From Salpingoeca rosetta (lineage: Eukaryota; Protista; Choanoflagellata), in assembly GCA_033442325.1 (NCBI GenBank), contig JAWQFM010000016.1, forward strand, positions 316,097 through 380,096: a stretch of DNA of 64,000 bases, read 5' to 3'. The stretch's first letter is position 1. Each line of letters starts with the position of its first letter. Positions 50,552-64,000 of the stretch are shown in pieces. The notes below the pieces were generated by a model. That model did no database searches, was not told the origin of the DNA, and saw nothing but the letters and a program-made list of their open reading frames with translations. A program made the translations under genes and the position numbers.

Positions 50552-51403
50552 GCAAAACCTATGGAAGCCATAAACAACTTTCAGCACGCCCATTGTTTTG
50601 GCAAACAAAGGAAGGAAAGTGTGCCGCGACATCGAAACACCCACACAACCAACCAACGGCCACAACAACAACAACAACCGCACCCTTCTTCTCCTGCTTG
50701 TTGTTGTGTTGTTGTGCTGCTCGACTTGACATCACCACCTCCTGCCTCTGAAGCAGCCGCTCTCGCACGCACCGCTGCGGCACGACACCTGATCCATCCA
50801 CGAGCCACCCTCTGCTTGCCTTTCTCCTGTTGCTGCGCGAGTGCGCTGCGTCTTTGCCCCCTTTGTGCAGCTTGTCGGTGCTTGCTTGTGCTTGCTTGCA
50901 GGCACACTGGCTGAGAGGACCATGCCATGAGGCCGTCACATCACCGACACAGAGCCTCCCACGACCACAATCACCGAAACAGCAGCCAAAACAGCGGTGT
51001 GACGTCAAGTATATCCAACTGCCAAGCCATGGTGCGACACCAGCCACCTCCACATGTTGCGGATCTGAACCAGCACCACAAAGACAGTCCTACACATCGA
51101 CTGCAAGTGCAGCAACGATTGCGACGACTGCGACCACCTGCGGTGTCACAGCTTAACACGCAGCCACAACGCTCAAGGCCCTGCAAGTCTTGTCAATACC
51201 TGCGTTCTTCGCGCAATTTCGGTGCTTGCAGGCAAGCCTGCGTCTGCCACAAGCGAAGACAAAGGTCGCCCTTGTCGCCCGCGACGGCAATACCACCATC
51301 AAGCTCAACTATCGCCACAGCTGTCACAGCAGCCACAGCATCACGCGTGCAAAGCAATGGCCTTCCAAGCTCGCACACTGCACCACTATCTCAAACACAG
51401 CCG

Positions 51404-53875
51404 ATGCCACCACAACAACATCGAGGGTCAAGGAGACCAGGCAAGCCTTTTGCCAGCGCGCTGCTGTGTGTCACGGCATGGCTCGTTTTGCTGTGCAGCG
51501 TTGGCGTGTCGCAGCTGCCACAAGCAGCTCTTGCGCAAACCACACTTGCCGATGGCTGCGCCCAACAGTTTCCCTTTGACTTTGTCTACGTGCTGGATGC
51601 AAGTGGCAGCGTTGGTAGGGACAACTGGAATCGCGTGCTAAACTTTACAGCAGACTCCATCAGCACCCTCCGCACCATTGACCCACAGGCACAGTACGTT
51701 CCGCTTCTGCGTGTGTGTGTGCGTGTGTCTCTGTGTCTGTGTGTGTGTGTGTCTGTGTGTCTGTGTGTGTCTGCGCGTGTAAGGGTGTTTGTAACGGTGT
51801 GTGTCTGTGTCTGTGTCTGTGTCTGTATCTGTGTCTGTGTGTCCATGTTCTGTACTGTACTCGTCCATTGAACCGTGGGGAGTCGGCATGTTTCGCGCGT
51901 TTCGGCCTGTCTACGTCTCTACGTGCCAGTAGCGCTGTTTCATCTGACCCAAAGTGTGGCTTTTCACGTTCACATCCACCCGCCCACAGGTTTGGCGCTG
52001 TCGTTTTCTCGACCACCGCCGAAATTGCGGTGCCCTTGCAAGCGTTCGATTCACAGCAGGCTGTCCAAGACACGGTGCGCACGCTTCCGTATGCGGGAGA
52101 GTCCACAGCAACAGGCAACGCCCTCAACCTGGTCCGACGCGAAATCTTCAGCGATGACGCCGCGGCCATTTCCGGCTTCCGTGGCGGGCGCGCTGTCGTC
52201 GTGCTGGTGACAGACGGGGAAACGCTCGAACTGGACGGCGTGTTGGAGAACGCAGCCGACCGCCTGCACGCCACGGGGCCCTTGGGCGTGGACGTGTTTG
52301 TTCTGGGTGTGGGGGCCGCGTCATCCCCGCAGCTGCTTCAGGACGTGTACACAGCAGCTAGCGGGCCGCCGGAAACACACGTGTTTACCCCCGATGTGTT
52401 TGACCAGCTGCTTCCAGACACACGCACACCGCTGATTGCCCAGCGCCTGGCCTGCGATCATGCCGCGACCAAGGCCCCAGAAACAACTTCAACGTCCACC
52501 ACAACTACGACCACAACCACAACCACAACCACAACCACAACCACAACAACGACCACAACCACAACCACAACCACAACTACGACCACAACAACAGCGACGA
52601 CGACGACGACGACGACGAGGCCAGATGGCTGCCCCTATCGCGAGGGAGACGATGTGCTCAATCTCTTATCGAGTGCAGGCGTGTCTGGGACGCTCTTTCT
52701 GGATGGCACCACGGTGGAAACAGTGCCCGATATCATGCAAGTGTCAGAGAGGTTCACGGTGATTCTCGATGCGGCATTTGCACAAGACACCGCCGGTTAC
52801 GTGTTTTCAAAGGCAACCGCCTCTGGGAAGCACTTCTACTCCCTGTTCTACAACCAGCTCTCGCAGTCACTTGTGTTCTACTATCGCCCAAAGGGCCAGG
52901 CAACTCACGACAGCGTCGCCATCACGTTGAATGAGCCCCTGACACCTGGCGTGCAGCATCACATCCTGGTCAGCGTGGACGGCAGCGTGCTGCGCGTCAT
53001 TGTTGACCGCACACAGTACCTGTTTGATCTCCTTGAGCAACTGGAGGACTGCGGGACAGCTGGTCCGGATTGCCGCTTCCACCTCGGCGCCCGACCAAGC
53101 ACAAGCGGTGCCGTGTTTTTCATGACAGGCTCGCTTGCCCAAGCAAGGTTGCTGTACTGCGATGCGCTGACCCATGACGACCGCTCAACGACCACGAGCA
53201 CCACCACAACCACAACCAGCACCACCACGACGTCTGCAACGTCGTCCACAACGTCATCAACCACAACAACTTCCACGACAATGGTGAGATCAAGAATGCT
53301 GAGAGGGTGATGAGCCTGCCTTGGTCCATGTCGCTGGATGCTGTCGTTGTTCTTGCTGTTGTTTTCATGGCATCTCTCATTTGAATTGGTCGTCATCAGT
53401 TGAAGTTCGCTCACGACCTTGCTCTGCGCAAATGTGTGCTTGCACGCACTTGCTGCTGCTGAATTTCAGGCACCTCAGGAGTCGTGTGCCGGCCGCTGCT
53501 TCTCGCTGCCAGAACCCGGCGATTCGTGCTTCTGTGATCGCTTTTGTGGTGACCTAGGTGAGCCACACAACCCAGTTTGCTGTGTGCGCGTGTGTGCGCG
53601 TGTGCGCGTGTGTGTTTGTGTGTTTGTGAATGCTTTTGACTTGAGGCCTTGTTGGTCTTCTGCTCACCCGCTGCTATCACACACGCACACACGCGCACAC
53701 ACACGCAATCTGCGCAGGTGATTGTTGTCCTGACTATGGTGCGTTGTGTAAGCCTGCTTTGACGAGCACAACAACGACTACAACGACGACGACAACAACA
53801 ACAACAACAACAACTACTACTACTACTACTACTACGACGACGACGACGACGACGACGACAAGCACAACAAGCACC

Positions 53876-53945
<70 letters not shown>

Positions 53946-55150
53946 CCACGACCACAAGTGAGCCGTGTCCGGTTGCAGTGACGAACATGCTTGATCCGCT
54001 GAGCAACGACGGTGCCGTGCGACCGACCAGTCGAGGGGCGTATGTGTTCAACGGAACGCGCGGCCTCACCATTACGCAATTCTCGCAGGTGTCGGATCGC
54101 TTCAGCGTTGTATTTGCCTTGCGCTTCTCCTCCGTGGCTGTTGACCAGAGCCTGGTGAGCAAGACAGACATGCGTGGCAACACGTACTGGCACGTGTCGT
54201 ACGATGCGTTTGCCACCGCCATTCGGTTCACGTTTATGGCGCAGAGCGACAACGTTGCGCGCATTGTATCGTTCCCCGCCGCCGCACTCGCTGACCGGCG
54301 GCTGCACGCGCTGCTGCTGAGTGTCGACGGTGAAGCGGCAACGCTGCAGGTTGACGGCGATCCAGCCACCAACACCACCCGCCAGCTCGGCACACGCGTG
54401 CAGGCGTGCGACCCGGCGTTAGGCGCCATGTGTCTCCTGACAGTTGGCGCGCACGGCGGTGTGCAGCCCACGCTGATGGCCTCCGTCACAGACGCGCGCG
54501 TATACTGGTGCGATGCGCTCGCAGTGTACCCCAACCCTTGGACCACCACAACCACAACGACTACCACCACAACGACTACCACCACAACAACAACGACGAC
54601 AACTACAATCGCAGCGACAACACTGATAGAGGAGACTTCCACAGAAGAGCCGATGACGACCACCGGTGAAGAAATTACAACCACGGAGGACGTGGAAACA
54701 ACTACAGACTTGGAAACAACAACCACAAGCACGACCACTGCCACGACCACCACCTCCACAACTACAACCACTACTACAACCACGACAACCTCGACAACCA
54801 CATCGACAACAACCACGGCCACCACATCCACGACGACCACATCCACGACGACGACGACCACAACGACGACGACAACAACAGCTTCAACAACGACGACCAC
54901 GTCTCTGTTGCAGTCGTGTGCTGGCCGCTGTGAGACAGACACAGCCATCAATGCCGCCTGCTTCTGTGACATTCACTGCTTCCGTACGTTTGTGACATGC
55001 ATTTGCCCGCGAATGGGATTGTGTGGGAGAAAGGGGAAGCATGTGCATCTGTATCCGTGCTTGGAATGTGTTTGCGTGTTTGCGTGTGTGTGTGTGTGCG
55101 TGTTTGCGTGTGGGTGTGTGTGTGTTTGCGTGTTTGCGTGTGTGTGTGTT

Positions 55151-55194
<44 letters not shown>

Positions 55195-55348
55195 CTACGC
55201 GTGTCGATGCACGGGCGTTGGGGCTTCATGTCATACGAGTGTATGTGCGAGCTCACCATTCCGCCCCTTGGCATTTGCCCGCACGACAGGCTTGCGAGAC
55301 TGCTGTGACGATGTGGTTCCTGAATGCTTCCCCACCAGCACAACAACG

Positions 55349-55394
<46 letters not shown>

Positions 55395-55399
55395 CGACG

Positions 55400-55461
<62 letters not shown>

Positions 55462-55477
55462 GACAACAACGACAACG

Positions 55478-55521
<44 letters not shown>

Positions 55522-55570
55522 GACAACAACGACAACGACAACAACGACAACAACAACAACAACAACAACA

Positions 55571-55602
<32 letters not shown>

Positions 55603-55615
55603 AACTGCAACAACA

Positions 55616-55646
<31 letters not shown>

Positions 55647-56599
55647 ACGGTCCTGTTGAAGGGTCATGCCACCTCCGTTGTGCCGAAGGATCGTCCATTA
55701 ATCTGTCCTGCTTCTGCGACCGCAACTGCTTCCGTAAGTACACGTGCTCTCATGCATGCATGCATGCATGCATGCATTGACTCGTTCACATGCAAGCGCA
55801 TCGAGGTCGCGTTGCATGGGCAGGCTCCGAATATTGCATGTTTGCGCCTGAAGCCCGAGCTTGCACGCTTACTCAATTCTGTATGCTATGATTGTCCACG
55901 CTGCTGTTGTTCTCACTGCACTGCCGCTTCTGTGCTTGCGTTGACAGTGCTTGGTGACTGTTGCGCGGATGTTGTGCCGCTCTGCTTCCCGACGGCACCA
56001 ACGACGACGACCACGACGACAACAACCACCACAACCTCGACAACAACCGATCCCGTGTGTGAGGAGGGCATTGACAGCTGCTTTCTGTGCTCCATCCAGC
56101 ACCCACCGCAGTGCGTCCTGTGCACTGACTCGCAGTACCTCATTGACGGTCGCTGCGAGAGCACATGTCCAGCCGGGTACAGGAAGGTTGGTCGCCGGCT
56201 CGTTGGGCGTTCGTGTGAGCCCATCACGACCACCACAACCACCACCCCAGCATCCATAACGTCGTCCACGACAACCACCACTACCACCTCGCCAACAACG
56301 TCCACAACAACGTCTTCAACAACAACGCGAGCGCAATGCCAGGAAGGGCAAAATGACTGCTTCCTGTGCTCAATCCGCTCCCGTTATGAGTGTCTGCTCT
56401 GCACCAACTCGAAGGTGCTGTTTGAAGGCGACTGCATCTCATCGTGTCCTGATGGCTACAAGCGCGAGGGCAAGCAGGCAATTGGGCGCACCTGCGTTGC
56501 CATCACAACAAGTCCCACGGCGCCAACAACGACGACCACAAGTACCACCACCTCCACCACCACCACAGCAACAACAACACCAACAACAACAACAACACC

Positions 56600-56682
<83 letters not shown>

Positions 56683-57349
56683 CGNNNNNNNNNNNNNNNN
56701 NNNNNNNNNNNNNNNNNNNNNNNNNNNNNNNNNNNNNNNNNNNNNNNNNNNNNNNNNNNNNNNNNNNNNNNNNNNNNNNNNNNNNNNNNNNNNNNNNNNN
56801 NNNNNNNNNNNNNNNNNNNNNNNNNNNNNNNNNNNNNNNNNNNNNNNNNNNNNNNNNNNNNNNNNNNNNNNNNNNNNNNNNNNNNNNNNNNNNNNNNNNN
56901 NNNNNNNNNNNNNNNNNNNNNNNNNNNNNNNNNNNNNNNNNNNNNNNNNNNNNNNNNNNNNNNNNNNNNNNNNNNNNNNNNNNNNNNNNNNNNNNNNNNN
57001 NNNNNNNNNNNNNNNNNNNNNNNNNNNNNNNNNNNNNNNNNNNNNNNNNNNNNNNNNNNNNNNNNNNNNNNNNNNNNNNNNNNNNNNNNNNNNNNNNNNN
57101 NNNNNNNNNNNNNNNNNNNNNNNNNNNNNNNNNNNNNNNNNNNNNNNNNNNNNNNNNNNNNNNNNNNNNNNNNNNNNNNNNNNNNNNNNNNNNNNNNNNN
57201 NNNNNNNNNNNNNNNNNNNNNNNNNNNNNNNNNNNNNNNNNNNNNNNNNNNNNNNNNNNNNNNNNNNNNNNNNNNNNNNNNNNNNNNNNNNNNNNNNNNN
57301 NNNNNNNNNNNNNNCAACAAGGAGTACAACAACAACAGCAACAAGGAGT

Positions 57350-57406
<57 letters not shown>

Positions 57407-57559
57407 TCTACAACAACATCTACAACAACAACAACAACAACAACATCTACAACATCTACTACAACAACAACAACAACAACAACAACAACGAGTACCACGA
57501 CGAGTACCACGACGAGTACTACGACGACAACCACGAGTACTACGACTACAACAACATCT

Positions 57560-57647
<88 letters not shown>

Positions 57648-58353
57648 CGGTGCCTGTTGTGTCGTGTGTTGGTGGGGAAGACGACGTCACAGGGGAGGCC
57701 TGTGAATGCAACCTGAACGACTGCTTCGCCTGCGATGTGGATGTGATGGCGGATGCAGCGACGTGCACATTTTGCTCCAACTTCCGGTTCCTGCTGGATG
57801 GCCGCTGCCACACGAACTGCACGTTCAAGGATGGTTATGTGGAATCGAACGCCGTCTTCTTTGGCAGCCGCTGCGTCAATGAGACAATGGACACTCAATC
57901 CACCACCACCACGACAACGACGACGACCGCCGCCACGGCGACGACGACAACGGCCACCACGGCAATGCCGACAACAACGTCCACCATGATGCTGGATCTA
58001 TCCATGTGCATCAACGGTGTTGCCCTTGACAGCGGCGAGCCGTGCGATTGCGGCACGGCGTTCTGCGTATCGTGCGACCTGCTCCCATCGGGTGATGCAG
58101 GGGAGTGCACGCTGTGCGGGTCAAGCAAGTACTTGCACGCTGGCGGTTGTCTGGACGATTGTGATCACGTTCGCGGCGTTGTACCCGTGGGCACCGGCGA
58201 AATTGGTCGCGAGTGTATGCATGAGGGTGATGTCATCACGACGACGACGACAACAACAACAACAACGAGTGAGAAGGTTGAGTTTACGACGACCACAACC
58301 ACTACAACAACGTTGTCATCGTCATCGACGTCGTCTTCTTCTTCTTCCTCTGC

Positions 58354-58393
<40 letters not shown>

Positions 58394-58396
58394 TCT

Positions 58397-58435
<39 letters not shown>

Positions 58436-58585
58436 TCTACAACAACAACAACAACATCTACAACAACAACAACAACATCTACAACAACAACAACAACAAC
58501 AACAACATCTACAACAACAACATCTACAACAACAACAACAACAACAACATCTACAACAACAACATCTACAACAACAACAACAACT

Positions 58586-58622
<37 letters not shown>

Positions 58623-58753
58623 CCTTGTCATCATCATCGACGTCGTCTTCTTCGTCATCCTCCACGTCCTCGTCATCCTCCTCCTCCTCTTCAACAACAA
58701 CAACTACAACTACTACTACTACAACTACTACTACTACTACTACTACAACAACT

Positions 58754-58836
<83 letters not shown>

Positions 58837-58837
58837 G

Positions 58838-58896
<59 letters not shown>

Positions 58897-59425
58897 AACA
58901 ACTACAACGACGACAACAACTACAACGACGACAACAGCGACGACGACGAAGATGTTCGAAGTGACGACGACATCTACCACTTCTGTTCCTGACACAACCA
59001 TTACTACCACCATGACAGAGGTTGACACGACAACAACGTCGACCACGGAGGTCGGCAGTGGCACGGTGACAATATCGCTACCAACAACAACTTCTACAAC
59101 CACAATTACGACTACCACTACAACAGCAACAACTACCACTACGACTACAACTACAACTACACCTACAACCACGACAACTACAACGATGTCATCAACTTCG
59201 TCTTCTTCGTCATCCTCAACGTCCTCCTCTTCAACAACTACTACAACTACAACTACTACTACATTGTCATCATCATCGACGTCGTCTTCTTCGTCATCCT
59301 CCACATCCTCGTCATCCTCCTCTTCTACAACAACTTCTACTACAACTGCTACTGCTACTACCACGACCACTACCACTACCTCTTTGGCAGTGGACACCAC
59401 CACCACAACTAGTTCCTTTGTCATC

Positions 59426-59500
<75 letters not shown>

Positions 59501-59698
59501 ACAGCAACGACGACGACTGTCGTTGTCACAAGCACGAGCACCATGCCAACCACAGCCACACTCACCACAGCCCCTGGCAGTGGTAGTGGTTCTTTGACTC
59601 TCTCACCAACAATGTCTACGTCAACCACTGCTTCAGCTCCAACGTCCTCAGACGCTGGTGGAAGTGGCTCGCTCACCATGCCCATGACGACGACGACG

Positions 59699-59738
<40 letters not shown>

Positions 59739-59836
59739 CTTCGACTGCCGACCTGAGTGGTAGTGGGTCTGGAGCCTTCATGGAGTTCACCACACCCGCA
59801 CCTTCAACGGCATCAACGACAACGGCAGCGCCCTGA
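51404..59836 (+). CDS. Giant secreted mucin-like ECM protein: signal - VWA - LamG/TSPN-like - SMB - LamG/TSPN-like - SMB - SMB - furin-like Cys-rich repeats, with poly-Thr/Ser spacers
   Basis: Exons 51404-51693, 51990-53283, 53470-53557, 53718-54983, 55290-55733, 55948-(gap)-59836. VWA with [22 protein letters not shown] and VLVTDG. Three SC.GRC...CFCD..C...DCC units. Four C..C....C..C...YL..G.C...C units. No C-terminal TM or GPI signal visible. Confidence 0.85.
56685..57314. other. Assembly gap (630 N) within an (ACA)n poly-Thr tract
   Basis: Run of N. Confidence 1.
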
Positions 59837-60191
59837 GCGCATGTTAGCTTGGTCACTTGATGGTTTCAAGCACACTACACTCGTTACACTTTCCTGATGA
59901 CTTTCCTTTGCTTGTGTTCAGCCTGATCTGTTCGTTACCCCTGCTGTTGAGAGAGACCATGTTTTCTTTGCTTTGGCTGGTCTATGTTTCATTATTTGCT
60001 CTGTGTTAGTGTGTTGTCAACACAGCTGAAGAGTGACAGAGTCGGCGAGTGAGAGCTGCAGACGGGGCGAGGTTGAGGGGGGGGGGGTTGGGATATATGC
60101 ACCGCTGTTCTACTGTCTTGCTTGCGTCGATGCAACTGTACAAGAACAACATCGACATGGCACTCGCAACAGCAGAGGTGCGCGAGTGCGT

Positions 60192-60259
<68 letters not shown>

Positions 60260-60263
<4 letters not shown>

Positions 60264-60372
60264 TCTAAGCGACAGTCGCAGCACTACACATGAGCCTCGC
60301 ACCGAGGCACTTGGTTTCTATCTATCTATTGATTCACTTTTCTTTCTATCTATGAGGCGCCTGCTCTCACAC
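60260..60372 (+). repeat. Dispersed 113-bp repeat, copy 2
   Basis: 108/113 identical to 8922-9034; directly follows a (CA)n tract. Confidence 0.85.
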
Positions 60373-60497
60373 CCATTCGCCCATGCACACCGCTGCCCCT
60401 TGTTTTGCCGCAATTGCTTTCCCCATCTCTGAGCGCTGGGAGCAGTGTAAGATTTCAGCGAGTTTTCCCCCTTTGTGCCTGAATTCAGTCGCTGAGG

Positions 60498-60686
60498 ATG
60501 GGTTTGCTGACGGAGGAAGCAAGACAGCGGCGGCTGGTGGCTGCCGTGAGCAGGTTTGAGGTGCCAGTGCTGGTGCTTCTGACTTGCGTTGGCATTGCCT
60601 CGTTGGGTCTCATGTGCTTGGACGATGTGAACGAGCCCGTGCACCAACAAGAGAATGCGCTCATCACGGGCGCCGCTGGCCCGAGT

Positions 60687-60731
<45 letters not shown>

Positions 60732-61642
60732 TGTGTCTGTGTGTCTGTGTCTGTGTGTCTGTGTCTGTGTGTCTGTGTCTGTGTGTCTGTGTCTGTGTGT
60801 CTGTGTGTCTGTGTCTGTGTGTGTGTGTCTGTCTGTATGTCTGTGTCTGTGTGTGTGTGTGTCTGTCTGTCTGTGTGTCTGTGTCTGTGTGTGTGTGCTG
60901 TATGACATTTTGCACCTCGCGCCTTTTGATGCGCCTTGTGCACCTCATGCACCTTGTGTATCTTGAACCAGCTCACGCCTCACACCTCACACGTTCCCCG
61001 TTTCATGCTTCACACGCTCTTCCTTCCCACACTACGAAGCTGTTACTCGGGAGATGGCACTGGCAGCAATGGGGCTGGCGGATGCCCTTGCACACACAGG
61101 TCTCGACACACATGCCATTGCGGACGAGCTGCAGCAGCGGGGGCTGCGCCCTGTCATGCACAACTTCACGTCAGATAGTTCCAACGTGTACTCGATCGTG
61201 CGGTCTTCGCGGGGTGACGGCACCGAGGGCATGGTGTTGCACGCGCCTCTGGAGCCAGGCAACGCCAACGGCGTTGCCAGTGCCGTAATTCTCGCCCAGC
61301 ACATCGCAGGTAGATCCCACCGTACTTCTTTCACTGTGCTGTCATACTCCTGTGAGGCTGTGTGCCACTACTGGCTGGTCAACACCCTAAACGACAACTT
61401 GCTTTGATCATTGATTGTGTTCCGGTACTTCGCCTTGCTAGGCCAATCCTTCTGGGCCAAGGATGTTGTGCTGTTGTTCACGTCGCAGGGACACGCAGGG
61501 GCGCTCGCTTGGACGCAGGCTCACTTGAATGGTTTGTGTATGTGTGCGTGCGTGCGTGTGCGTGCGTGCGTGTGCGTGCGTGTGTGTGTGTGTGTTTGGC
61601 GTATGCATGTGTGTGTCGTGTGTGTGTGTGTGCATATGTGTG

Positions 61643-61711
<69 letters not shown>

Positions 61712-61977
61712 CACCGCCACTGTTCTTCCCTTCAATGCTTCAACAAGCTGATCCTGATACACTATTTGCTGTATCTGTGTGACTTGGATGTGTGACAGGC
61801 AAGCTGCCCGTCCCTGTTCCAGCGGCGCTTGAGTCCGGGCTGACAGTGGCTGCATCACAGCCCACCTTTGATGCCATCCATCTGGACCTGATGGGATTCA
61901 ATGGTCAGATGCCCAACATGGACTTGGTCCTCGTCCTCATGGCGTCCCGCCTGCCAACCACAGTCGGGCATCAGGTT

Positions 61978-62022
<45 letters not shown>

Positions 62023-62064
62023 TGTGTGTCTGTGTGTGTGTGTGTGTGTGTGTCTGTGTGTGTG

Positions 62065-62106
<42 letters not shown>

Positions 62107-62325
62107 GACGTGTGAGCGAATACGAGAATGTGCCGCCACGTGTGCCAATTCAACTATGCATATATGCTTCGTCATTGTACCCATGGTCTTGCTCACACAT
62201 CCAATCTCACGTGTATTCCTTTATGCACGCACATGCGACCCAGCAGGTGCAGACATCTGCGCGTTCGACATCCGTATTTGAAACACAGCTGGATGTCCTC
62301 GGCAAATCGCTCTTGCAGCAGGTGA

Positions 62326-62372
<47 letters not shown>

Positions 62373-63433
62373 CAAACACACACACACACACACATGCAAA
62401 CACAAAACACGCACACGCATTCTGAACCCCCTCCCCCGGCCTCCATTCCTTGATCGCACAGGCCACGTGTCTGCCCAGTGGATACCATGCCGCGCTGCTG
62501 AACGAGAACATCCCAATTTTCACGGTCCGCACTGTACCAATGCGCTCGCCTTCCGAGCATTCCCAATCGAGAAAGGGGCGGTACCACCTGCAGCAGTACC
62601 TGGGCCTGCTGGAGGGCGCCTTGCGCTCCATGAACAACATGGGCCAGCGGTTTAACCTGTCCTTCACCTACTACTTTCTGCTCGCGCGTCAGCGGTTTGT
62701 GTCCATAGGCCGGTACCTTCCCGGCTGGATGGCTGCGTTGGTGGCAGTGGTGGTGCGGGTGATGGTGGCGTGGCTGAAGCTCGGTGGTGACTTGACAGTG
62801 AAGGGCAACAACGACAACGATCGTGCTGATGTTGATGATGTTCTTGATGATGATTTTGACGATAATGGTGATGGCAGAGCGAGTGTGGATCGTGGTGGTG
62901 ATGGTGATGCTAGTGGTGGTGATGATGGCAGCGAAACGCGGGACACATCCGCAGTTGCGGTGCGGAGGAACCGCGCCCGAAGAGAAGGAGAGCAAGCACA
63001 AGATGCTCATGCTGCTCGTGATGATGTTGATGTTGGCGGTGGTGATGATGATGGCAGCAGTGAGGAGGAAGTGGTAGCGGAGGAAAGAGACAGTGAGGGT
63101 TTGGATGAGAAAGGAACGCTTGCGTCGTGGTCATCATCATCGTCGTCGTCGCTGTCATCATCATCATCGTCATCATCATCTTCATCTTCCCTTTCATCAT
63201 CGTCGCTGAACGATGATGAGGAGGGGGATATGGGTGCTGCGCCAGCATCTGTACTTCACAGCAATACCCCTGCACAGGCAGCTACCGCTGCTACTGATGA
63301 TACTCCGGGCACCTGCGTTGCTGGGCTGCGTCTCAACCATCTGCCTTGGTCGATCAGGTCACGGACAGTGGCAATTGGACAGGCGGTCCTGTTGTCCGTT
63401 GCAGGATTCGCACTGCCGCTGGCACTCGTGCTT

Positions 63434-63464
<31 letters not shown>

Positions 63465-64000
63465 TGCTGCAGCGCGCGCCGACAGATGCACACACGTCGC
63501 TGTTTGGAGCAGACTCGCCCACGCTCAACACAGCGAATGCAGACGCAACGCAGTCGGCGTCATCAGTGTCGGCTGCGTCTCCGTTGCTGTCGTTTGATGA
63601 CGTCGTGCTCGCAACCGCCCGCGCACTCGTCAATATGGGAATCACCTTCCACGTCGGCAGCAACCCCGCTCCGGTCTCATCATCGTCACCACCATCATCG
63701 CCATCATCGCCATCATCACCGCCAGCAGTAGATCAGGCAGTGTCGGCGTTTGTTGCGCGCACCACGGCGCCGCTCCCCGCTGACACATCGACAGCTGCGC
63801 TGGTACCCGTTGTGTATGCAATCGCATGCACCCTCGCGTGTCTTGCTGGCGTTGCGGCAGCCAGAGCCACGGCCAACGTGCTGCTGGATGTCGCTGGTGA
63901 CGGCGATGACGACAGAGGCGGTGGTGGAGATGATGATCATTGTGAAGGTGAAGCAGATGATGCTGGAGATGGTGGAGATGAGCTTGGAGGGCACGTTGGT
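60498..64000 (+). CDS. GPAA1: GPI transamidase subunit Gaa1/GPAA1 (runs off the window)
   Basis: Exons 60498-60684, 61040-61309, 61442-61531, 61799-61974, 62247-62321, 62462->64000. Motifs [54 protein letters not shown]...[14 protein letters not shown]. Confidence 0.9.

Noticed and set aside
53734-59856. Long poly-Val, poly-Leu, poly-Cys, poly-Gln and poly-Asn ORFs
   Set aside because: Antisense or alternative frames of the (ACA/ACG/ACT)n poly-Thr tracts of the mucin gene.

Overview
Intron-rich, gene-dense eukaryotic DNA. Introns are full of (GT)n/(CA)n microsatellites, exons are GC-rich, and there are two N gaps. Style and gene content point to a choanoflagellate such as Salpingoeca rosetta (inference). 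I reconstructed 15 gene models by hand from GT/AG boundaries and reading-frame continuity: a D-threonine aldolase/DSD1-type PLP enzyme (3' end missing), an intronless beta-propeller-repeat protein with a 1-nt frameshift, a PIG3-type quinone oxidoreductase, a multicopper oxidase fused to an ABCG-type transporter, a TauD/TfdA dioxygenase, guanine deaminase, a BTB protein with a very long pentapeptide repeat, ARPC5, Munc18/Sec1, an M6PR/ATG27-like receptor, an F-box/LRR protein, two hypothetical proteins, a giant secreted VWA-LamG-SMB-furin-repeat mucin, and GPAA1 (runs off the window). Main leads: (1) the oxidase-TM-ABCG fusion, head-to-head with the TauD gene and next to guanine deaminase, possibly a purine/urate or redox-export module; (2) the pentapeptide gene, whose 13 internal exons are all phase 1 and exact multiples of 15 nt; (3) two ~350-bp compositionally alien blocks (1-342 and ~28252-28617), the second sitting where an essential Munc18 exon should be; (4) a 113-bp hairpin-bearing dispersed repeat next to (CA)n tracts; (5) a candidate proteoglycan/ECM core protein. 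Most entries in the ORF track are microsatellite artefacts.
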